Origin: Candidatus Hydrogenedentota bacterium
GTDB taxonomy: Bacteria > Hydrogenedentota > Hydrogenedentia > Hydrogenedentales > SLHB01
Length of the DNA: 64,000 nt
Reading direction: 5' to 3'
Assembly: GCA_963668025.2 (NCBI GenBank)
Contig: CAXXTH010000017.1
Coordinates: forward strand, 1,312,001-1,376,000
Below, piece by piece: positions 57,229 through 64,000 of the stretch (position 1 is the stretch's first letter; every line of letters begins with the position of its first letter). The position numbers were made by a program, and so were the translations under genes. The notes under the pieces were generated by a model. It had not been told where the DNA came from. It did not search any database and was given only the letters and a program-made list of their open reading frames with translations.

Positions 57229-59643
57229 ATGGCGAAATACCTTGTTGTTGTGGAGTCGCCCGCCAAGGCGAAAACGATCAATAAATTTTTGGGAAAGGAC
57301 TACGTCGTTCGCGCCAGTTATGGCCACGTGCGTGACTTGCCCAAAAGCGATATGGGTGTGGACATCGAAAATAATTTCGAGCCCAAATACGTGCAATTGC
57401 GCGATTCCTCGAAAGCCATCAAAGAACTGAAAGATGCCGCGGCCAAGTCGGATTCAATTCTGCTCGCCACGGACCCGGACCGCGAAGGCGAGGCCATCGG
57501 CTGGCATGTGGCCGAAATCCTTAAATCGGCCAAGAAGCCCGTTTCCCGTATTGTTTTCAACGAGATCACCAAGACGCGCGTTAAAAAGGCCGTCGAAGAG
57601 CCGCGCCCTCTTGATGAAAACCTCGTTAACGCCCAGCAAGCCCGGCGCGTCCTAGATCGCCTGGTGGGATATAAACTGAGCCCGATGCTCCAGTGGAGTG
57701 TCCGAAAAGGCCTGAGCGCCGGGCGTGTCCAGTCCGTGGCCGTGCGCATGGTATGCGAACGGGAAGCGGAGATCCGGGCGTTTAATCCCGAGGAATACTG
57801 GACCCTTGACGCCCTTTTCGAGACCCCCCGTTCGGAGCATTTCACTGCCCGCTTAAGCAAATTCCGCGGGGAGAACATCGTTCTGGACAGTGAGGCGTCG
57901 ATCCAGGAGGCGTTGCGCGCCCTCGAAGGGGCCGAATACCGAATTTCCGGCGTCGAACGTAAAGAAGTGCGCCGCCGCCCGTATCCGCCATTCATTACAA
58001 GCACTTTGCAACAAGAAGCCTCGCGCAAACTCGGTTTTTCTCCCGCCCGCACCATGCGCCTCGCCCAGCAGCTTTACGAAGGGATCGAGATCGGCGCGGA
58101 AGGCACGGTCGGATTAATTACCTATATGCGTACGGATTCCACGCGCATGGCGGATGAAGCGTTGGATGATGTTCGTGCGTATATTCGGGAACGTTTTGAA
58201 CCAGCCATGCTCCCGGAGCAACCCAATACGTACAAGCGCGGCAAAGGCGCCCAGGACGCCCATGAGGCCATCCGCCCCACCTTGGCCGCCCGCACCCCGG
58301 AAGAGATGAAGCCTTACCTTAGCGGCGAGCAGCTTAAACTGTATACCCTTATATGGAAACGTTTTGTGGCGTGCCAGATGAGCCCAGCCGTTCTCGACCA
58401 AACCACCATTTCCATCCAAACGGGCGATTATATGTTCCGCGCGACGGGCTCCGTCATGAAATTCGCTGGATTCACGGCGTTATATGAAGAAACAAAAGAA
58501 GACAACGGCGAGGATGAAGACGGCGCGGCCCGCCTGCCTGAAGTGAATGAAGGCGAATCACTCAAACTCGAAGAATTCCATCCAGAACAGCATTTTACGA
58601 AACCACCCCCCCGCTATTCGGAAGCCAGCCTTATCCGCGCCCTGGAAGAGAATGGCATTGGGCGTCCGAGCACCTATGCGCCCACGGTGAACACCATCGT
58701 GGATCGGGGCTATGTGCTTCGGGAAAAGGGGAGGCTCCAGCCTGCTCCTATTGGCGAAAAAGTGAATGAGCTGCTAGTGGCGAATTTCCCGGATATCCTC
58801 GATATTGCCTTTACGGCGCGCCTCGAAGAGGATCTCGACCATGTGGAAGAAGGACGCCGGGAATGGCGCGAATTGCTCCGTGTGTTTTATACAGACTTCG
58901 AACGTGATCTGACGGCGGCGGAGCAGCGCATGGTGGCGGAAGCGCTGGGCGATAATCCGGTTTGCCCGAAATGCGGCGGCAAAATGGATCTGCGGCAAGG
59001 CTTTTTTGGTCCGTATATGCGATGCAAGGACGAGGCCAACTGCGACGGGCGTGTGAGCTTGCGCCGCAAGGCCCAAGCCGAACCGACGGATGAGAAGTGC
59101 GACAAGTGCGGCTCTCCCATGGTGATCCGGGAAGGGCGTTTCGGACGTTTTATGGCGTGTTCGGCCTATCCCAAATGCAAGAATACGTTTAATGTTGACG
59201 ACGAGGGCCAAAAGCTTGCCGCCGAAGAGCGGGAAGCGCCTGTAAAAACAGACCAGAAATGCCCCGACTGCGGTTCGTTTCTTCTCATCCGCAAAACGCG
59301 CCGGGGAGGCGAGCCTTTCTACGGTTGTGAGAAATATCCAAAGTGCAAGTTTACGAAGCCCATGGAACTGGGCCTCGCATGCTTGAAACCGGGATGCGAA
59401 GGCCAGCTCGTAACCAAGCGCGGGCGCGGGCGGCGCTTCATCGGATGTGATCAATATCCCAAATGTGACTTCACGGCTTTTGGCGAACTCGACCGCGAGA
59501 CGCCTTGTCCGAAATGCGGCCAGCCATGGACCACGGTGTCGCGGCCCAAAGACAAACCGCATGTGCGGCGGTGTCCGAAACCTGGGTGCGGTTATGAAGA
59601 AGAATTGCTTGACGCCATCACCAGTGACGATGAAACCCTCTAG
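57229..59643 (+). CDS. topA: DNA topoisomerase I with C-terminal zinc ribbons
   Basis: VVESPAKAKTI, ATDPDREGE, SAGRVQS, LITYMRTDS (catalytic Tyr), GIGRPSTY, multiple C4 repeats. Confidence 0.98.
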   Translation: MAKYLVVVESPAKAKTINKFLGKDYVVRASYGHVRDLPKSDMGVDIENNFEPKYVQLRDSSKAIKELKDAAAKSDSILLATDPDREGEAIGWHVAEILKSAKKPVSRIVFNEITKTRVKKAVEEPRPLDENLVNAQQARRVLDRLVGYKLSPMLQWSVRKGLSAGRVQSVAVRMVCEREAEIRAFNPEEYWTLDALFETPRSEHFTARLSKFRGENIVLDSEASIQEALRALEGAEYRISGVERKEVRRRPYPPFITSTLQQEASRKLGFSPARTMRLAQQLYEGIEIGAEGTVGLITYMRTDSTRMADEALDDVRAYIRERFEPAMLPEQPNTYKRGKGAQDAHEAIRPTLAARTPEEMKPYLSGEQLKLYTLIWKRFVACQMSPAVLDQTTISIQTGDYMFRATGSVMKFAGFTALYEETKEDNGEDEDGAARLPEVNEGESLKLEEFHPEQHFTKPPPRYSEASLIRALEENGIGRPSTYAPTVNTIVDRGYVLREKGRLQPAPIGEKVNELLVANFPDILDIAFTARLEEDLDHVEEGRREWRELLRVFYTDFERDLTAAEQRMVAEALGDNPVCPKCGGKMDLRQGFFGPYMRCKDEANCDGRVSLRRKAQAEPTDEKCDKCGSPMVIREGRFGRFMACSAYPKCKNTFNVDDEGQKLAAEEREAPVKTDQKCPDCGSFLLIRKTRRGGEPFYGCEKYPKCKFTKPMELGLACLKPGCEGQLVTKRGRGRRFIGCDQYPKCDFTAFGELDRETPCPKCGQPWTTVSRPKDKPHVRRCPKPGCGYEEELLDAITSDDETL

Positions 59644-60166
59644 CAGTCACTATGCCTATTGGCTTGGCGTGGCGTTTCGCTGGAAGCCGCTGCTCGTGTT
59701 TTTATGCGTTCCGCTGCTTTTAGGCCAGCAGGAATGCCAGCCGGAAGGCCCCACGGTTCCAGGCACGCCTGAAACGCGCGAGATGGAGTATGACGCCTTC
59801 AATCTCATCAACCAGGAGCGGGCGGATTATGGGCTCCCAGCGCTGGTGATGGACAATACATTGCGGAACATGGCGCGCGCCCATAGCCAGGATATGGCGG
59901 ATCTGGACTATTTTAGCCATGTTTCCCCCGAAGGGGAAACCCTTGCGGATAGGCTGGCCGACGCGGGTGTGGAGTATAGCATCGCAGGTGAAAACATCGC
60001 ATACAATAACTATCCTGACCCAGCGGCGACGGCCGTAGAGGGCTGGATGAACAGCGACGGCCACCGGGCGAATATCCTGAACGAATCATTCACCACGACG
60101 GGCATGGGTGTGGCCGTGAACAACGACGGCATGTATTACTTCACTCAAGATTTTACGGCGCAATGA
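59630..60166 (+). CDS. CAP (SCP) domain protein
   Basis: LINQER, ARAHSQDM, FSH, GENIA, WMNSDGHRANIL, TQDF. Confidence 0.9.
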   Translation: MKPSSSHYAYWLGVAFRWKPLLVFLCVPLLLGQQECQPEGPTVPGTPETREMEYDAFNLINQERADYGLPALVMDNTLRNMARAHSQDMADLDYFSHVSPEGETLADRLADAGVEYSIAGENIAYNNYPDPAATAVEGWMNSDGHRANILNESFTTTGMGVAVNNDGMYYFTQDFTAQ

Positions 60167-60364
60167 CGCTTGGTTACGCACCGAACTTTTTATATTAAAT
60201 GAAGTGTGGGACCGGCGCTCTCGCCGGTCATTCGCCACTTATTGGTTGAATGGTTACAAATTTGATGCAGGGAAGCTGATCATAAATGGCCCCAGAGGGC
60301 CTGTTTGAGAAAGAGGTCTTAAATGCACCAGCATTCCGTTTCGTTGTCATTGTACGGTCGTGTG

Positions 60365-62128
60365 ATGAGGTTCGCTCTTGCCGTTGGCCTGCTGGCGGGT
60401 TGTGGCGGGAAAGATGAAGCCCCGCAAGCCTCGCAGATGGAACCGGGGGCCTCTCTTTCCATGGAACAAAACGTTGCGCATCCCGCGCTTCCTGCTACGG
60501 TCGAGGTGCTGCGCGCCATGCCCAGTTCGGCCACCCTCGCCGCCGTATTGCCGTCCATATCCAGCTTCTATAGCGGCGCACTCGACACGGCCCATCGCCT
60601 CGCATTTGATCCCGCCTCCGTGGACGCCTATGCCGCCCAGCTCACCTCGGAATGGGGCAACGCGTATGGCGTTCCCGGGGCCGCCGCGCCTCCCGATATT
60701 TTTACTGGCCGTGGAATCGATATCGCGAAGCCTATTGCGCTCTACGCGGATATTTCCCGCTTGGATCCCGCCACGCTCCATGCCTTGATGGGTGCCTTGG
60801 GCATGGATGTGGATGCCTATACCGGCGCGACTGCCTTAGGGAAAAACATTCCCTCGGAAGCATCGGCTCCCGTGGACTGGAAGCCGCTCGCGGCTAAGGC
60901 GGATTGGGCGGTGAGCATGCCGGTGACGGATGCGAAAGAAGCCGAGGCGCTGCTTCTTGGCATATTTAAAGTCGAGGGGCAAGAACCGGCGACCCCCAGC
61001 GATGCTCCGGGCCTCCCCAAAAATGCGAAGACGTATATCACTCCCGATATGGAGTTTACCTACTGCACGGAGGAAAGCCGGATGATTTTCGGCGCTCCCG
61101 CGCGCTTTGTGGCGGCGGTCGTGGCGGGCATGCACACCCCTCGCACGGATATCGCATATGGCACTCAGGAATGCCCCGTCGAAGAGCCTGGCGAAGCCGT
61201 GGCGCTGCTCAATTCGGATGCATTGGTGAAAGTAGTTCCCGTGCTGTCTTTCTTGTCTCCCCTTACCTCAAACGCTCCTGCGTCCACCCAGGAATATACA
61301 ACGCTCACTTTGGCGTTTGCTTCGGAGCGGATGGAACTGCTGGGTCGGGCTCCCATGGCGGCGAATAGCGGCATGCTCGCTAAATTCGGTGCGCCAGGCC
61401 CGTTGCATATGGCGGCTTCGCTTCCCGCGGACACCCAAGCCGTGGCCGCTTTCCGCATCTCGCCGGAGTTGCGGCAATATATGCAAGGCGGCGCTCAAGG
61501 CGCAATCTCGCCGGAGAAGGCAAGTGAGCCGGGAATGCAGCAGGCAATGGGCGTTCTTACCATGGTGTCTGGATTGGTGGATGGTGAGCTGGCATTAGGC
61601 CTGAAGGCCGATGCGGAGGGCGCGCCGTGCGCCGTGGCCAAAGTGGGCCTGGCCAATGCGGCCCTTGCGAAAAGCATGCTCCAACTGATGGGCGTTTCGC
61701 CGCAGCCGCTCGAAACGTTCGAAGGAGTGGAAATTCTTCGTGCCCAGCCAGGCGTGCTCCCAAACAACCAGGACTTATACTGCGCCATTGCTGAAAACAC
61801 CTTGTGCCTCGCGACAAGCCAGGACGACATGCATGAACTCCTGCGCGCCTCCGATGGCGGCTCCCGGCTTTTCGAGTCGTTGAATCCGCCACTCGATCCG
61901 GAAGCCCAGCGATATGGCCTGTTGGCGGTGCGCGGCAGCCTGTTTACGGATATGTTAATTCCCTTGCTGCGCCAGCAAGGAACGGAAGGTGAGCCGGAAG
62001 CGGGCCTGGATGAGCTGGCTTCCTGGGAGCGTGTAGGGCAAAATATACGGGAACTGCGCATAACGGATGAAGCGCAAAACGGCTGGATGCGTGGGAGTGC
62101 AACAATCTTTTGGAACAAGCCAGCGTAA
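60365..62128 (+). CDS. hypothetical lipoprotein
   Basis: MRFALAVGLLAG|C lipobox; long ORF with normal codon usage. Confidence 0.65.
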   Translation: MRFALAVGLLAGCGGKDEAPQASQMEPGASLSMEQNVAHPALPATVEVLRAMPSSATLAAVLPSISSFYSGALDTAHRLAFDPASVDAYAAQLTSEWGNAYGVPGAAAPPDIFTGRGIDIAKPIALYADISRLDPATLHALMGALGMDVDAYTGATALGKNIPSEASAPVDWKPLAAKADWAVSMPVTDAKEAEALLLGIFKVEGQEPATPSDAPGLPKNAKTYITPDMEFTYCTEESRMIFGAPARFVAAVVAGMHTPRTDIAYGTQECPVEEPGEAVALLNSDALVKVVPVLSFLSPLTSNAPASTQEYTTLTLAFASERMELLGRAPMAANSGMLAKFGAPGPLHMAASLPADTQAVAAFRISPELRQYMQGGAQGAISPEKASEPGMQQAMGVLTMVSGLVDGELALGLKADAEGAPCAVAKVGLANAALAKSMLQLMGVSPQPLETFEGVEILRAQPGVLPNNQDLYCAIAENTLCLATSQDDMHELLRASDGGSRLFESLNPPLDPEAQRYGLLAVRGSLFTDMLIPLLRQQGTEGEPEAGLDELASWERVGQNIRELRITDEAQNGWMRGSATIFWNKPA

Positions 62129-62229
62129 AATACGGGATACAGGCATTGGAACCGCGAGCGCCATATGGTATCCTAAATGAGCCCCGGAGTGAGCCGAGGG
62201 CGCGATGGAATGAGGCGATTCGAAGCGCG

Positions 62230-62661
62230 GTGAATGAGCCATTCTTTGAGAGCGAGTTTCCTAGCTCGATGGAGGCCATGGCGGAACCCCTCGAGGGAGC
62301 GTTAAGCGCCCTCCGTGAACGTGGCTGGGTCAAGGAAAACAGCGCGTTTTACGCCCATTTGTGCCTCGAAGAGGCCCTTGTCAACGCCATTATTCACGGC
62401 AACGAGAGCGATGTATCGCGCAAGGTCCGCCTGGCGTTGAGTGAGGAAGGGCCACATTGTGTCATCCGGGTATGGGACGAAGGCCGTGGTTTCTGCGTCG
62501 ATCAGATCAAAATGCCGGATGTGGAAACACAAGGCGGGCGCGGCGTTTGCCTCATCAAATACTGCATGGATGAAGTAGAGTACAATAAGACCGACCGATG
62601 TTTAGTGATGAAGTTGCCGCGCAATGGCAAATGCACGGGGTATCCAGGAGCAAGGGAGTAA
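62230..62661 (+). CDS. RsbW-like anti-sigma factor / ATP-binding protein (start uncertain)
   Basis: EEALVNAIIHGN, DEGRGF, GGRGV..I...MD HATPase motifs. Confidence 0.88.
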   Translation: MNEPFFESEFPSSMEAMAEPLEGALSALRERGWVKENSAFYAHLCLEEALVNAIIHGNESDVSRKVRLALSEEGPHCVIRVWDEGRGFCVDQIKMPDVETQGGRGVCLIKYCMDEVEYNKTDRCLVMKLPRNGKCTGYPGARE

Positions 62662-62666
62662 AGGAT

Positions 62667-63071
62667 ATGAGTGACCAGCCCATTCTCACCTTCGAGGAAC
62701 GGGAAAAGATCATCGTCGGAAAGATCGGAGCGGCCAGCGTCCTCGACGCCGTGAATGTAACCCAATTGGGCAGCGAATTGCTGGCCTTTGTTGAAAAACG
62801 TACAGGTGTCCATCTGCTCCTCGATTTCGAGAATGTCGACTATCTCTCGAGCGCGGTGCTGACCGAACTGCTTCGCATTCATAAAGTAGTGGGCGAGCGC
62901 AAAGGAAGTTTCCGCCTGTGCTCCCTGAATAAAGATATTCGTAAAGTCTTCGAAATCACCAATCTGGATAAGATGTTCACCATTTACCCAACCGTCGATG
63001 ACGGCGTTAAGAAATTCAGGCGCTCGCTGGCTATCGAAGCGGAAGATGAAGCGTGGGAACATAATGTGTAG
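62667..63071 (+). CDS. STAS-domain anti-sigma factor antagonist
   Basis: LLDFENVDYLSSAVL, IRKVFEIT.LD. Confidence 0.9.
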   Translation: MSDQPILTFEEREKIIVGKIGAASVLDAVNVTQLGSELLAFVEKRTGVHLLLDFENVDYLSSAVLTELLRIHKVVGERKGSFRLCSLNKDIRKVFEITNLDKMFTIYPTVDDGVKKFRRSLAIEAEDEAWEHNV

Positions 63072-63199
63072 TTTTTTTGCTGCGCGGAACCACGCTACCA
63101 TGCTTGGATGGTAGAGATCTTGATTGGTTAGAGGTGTGTACGCCGGGTATTGCGCATACGAGACGATGGCAATATCCCGGCGTTTTGTTTTTCCCGCCG

Positions 63200-64000
63200 T
63201 TAGTTAAGCGTTCGGGTGGTGACTTTGATGGGTTCCGCCGGGTGTGGGGCCGTAAAAATCACCTCGGTGTTTCCGAACACATACCGCATCTCATCCGGCT
63301 TGCCCAGGTAGGGCTTCAAAAGGGATACGACCTCTTCGTTCATCACATCATCTGTTACAATCCACCGGCCTTTCCCGCTCTCGACTACGGTATACGGCGG
63401 CGCATATGCATTCCGAATGCTTTCCGGCGCTAATGGAGTCGTGGTGACTACGGTGACGCCCTTGTCACGAACCATCTGCTCGAGGACCGCCATGCATTCT
63501 GGACTGATCAGCTTGCCCGTAAGAAACACGAGCCGCACATTCCGGTACAATTCGGGATCAGACGCCAAATGGTCATATATCGCGACATTGTTGGCGGGAA
63601 AGAAAAACCGGAACGGCTCTCCGATGGACATATCGTTGTAATTCACGGCATTGAGGGGCGTTTTTCCATGCGTAATGACATGCCAGATTTTGAACCAATA
63701 GCTTGTCTGCGGATCGGGTAGAAGGTTAGGAGCGCCATAAAGATATCCCGTGATGTAAGTGCTTGTTTTCTCCTGGCCCCAGTCGGAGTCTTCAAAATGA
63801 ACGATGATGATCTCCGGCTCGAATTCACGCGAGGTGAACGCCCTTTTTTGTGCGGGTAAATAGTTGCGCCGGAATTCCTTGGCGACTTCTCCCCAGGGCG
63901 ACAACTCCACGCCATCCGCCGCTTTAACATAGAGGCTCCCTTTATAAAGGGGGTCCGTCCCGTCACACCCAATATTCTCGATATACGCCCGTTCCGCGCC
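63200..64000 (-). CDS. hypothetical protein, paralogue of 7867..9591 (5' end outside the window)
   Basis: Frame is open to the window edge (GAERAYIEN...KGSL); shares DWGQ, W..(I/L)THG, FF.P...VA..DH and L.P.LG.PD motifs. Confidence 0.75.
   Translation of the reverse strand, partial: GAERAYIENIGCDGTDPLYKGSLYVKAADGVELSPWGEVAKEFRRNYLPAQKRAFTSREFEPEIIIVHFEDSDWGQEKTSTYITGYLYGAPNLLPDPQTSYWFKIWHVITHGKTPLNAVNYNDMSIGEPFRFFFPANNVAIYDHLASDPELYRNVRLVFLTGKLISPECMAVLEQMVRDKGVTVVTTTPLAPESIRNAYAPPYTVVESGKGRWIVTDDVMNEEVVSLLKPYLGKPDEMRYVFGNTEVIFTAPHPAEPIKVTTRTLN

Noticed and set aside
1-64000. CRISPR array, rRNA, integrase or prophage genes
   Set aside because: No regularly spaced repeats, rRNA-like sequence or phage/integrase motifs were seen.

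Overview
Bacterial genomic window of moderately high GC. The DUF1559 style and the LP-TM C-terminal tails suggest Candidatus Hydrogenedentes or a similar PVC/FCB-adjacent lineage (inference). It opens with a 5'-truncated IS4-family transposase and tRNA-Ala(GGC). About 47 kb of carbohydrate-catabolic genes follow, built as two paralogous cassettes with the same gene order (A ~5.9-25.5 kb, B ~31.7-48 kb): GH5-like <- ceramidase-like <- | -> DeoR (a decayed remnant in B) -> variable gene -> DUF1559 pilin-like protein -> beta-propeller protein -> variable gene(s) -> MFS sugar porter. Between them lie a lower-pathway operon (IolA/MmsA, SDR, VOC, atypical transaldolase) and a second DeoR. No SusC/D or ABC transporter is present, so the pilin-like proteins may be the capture module. 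Other notable points: a ~1.3-kb near-identical tract between the propeller paralogues, a shared promoter/operator, a GH51 homologue with His in place of the acid/base Glu, and an orphan low-GC SIR2-like gene. The right end is mostly housekeeping (rluD, xylB, rpsU, DUF494, topA, CAP, RsbW/STAS). No CRISPR array or rRNA was seen. All functional calls come from motif recognition only; no database searches were run.
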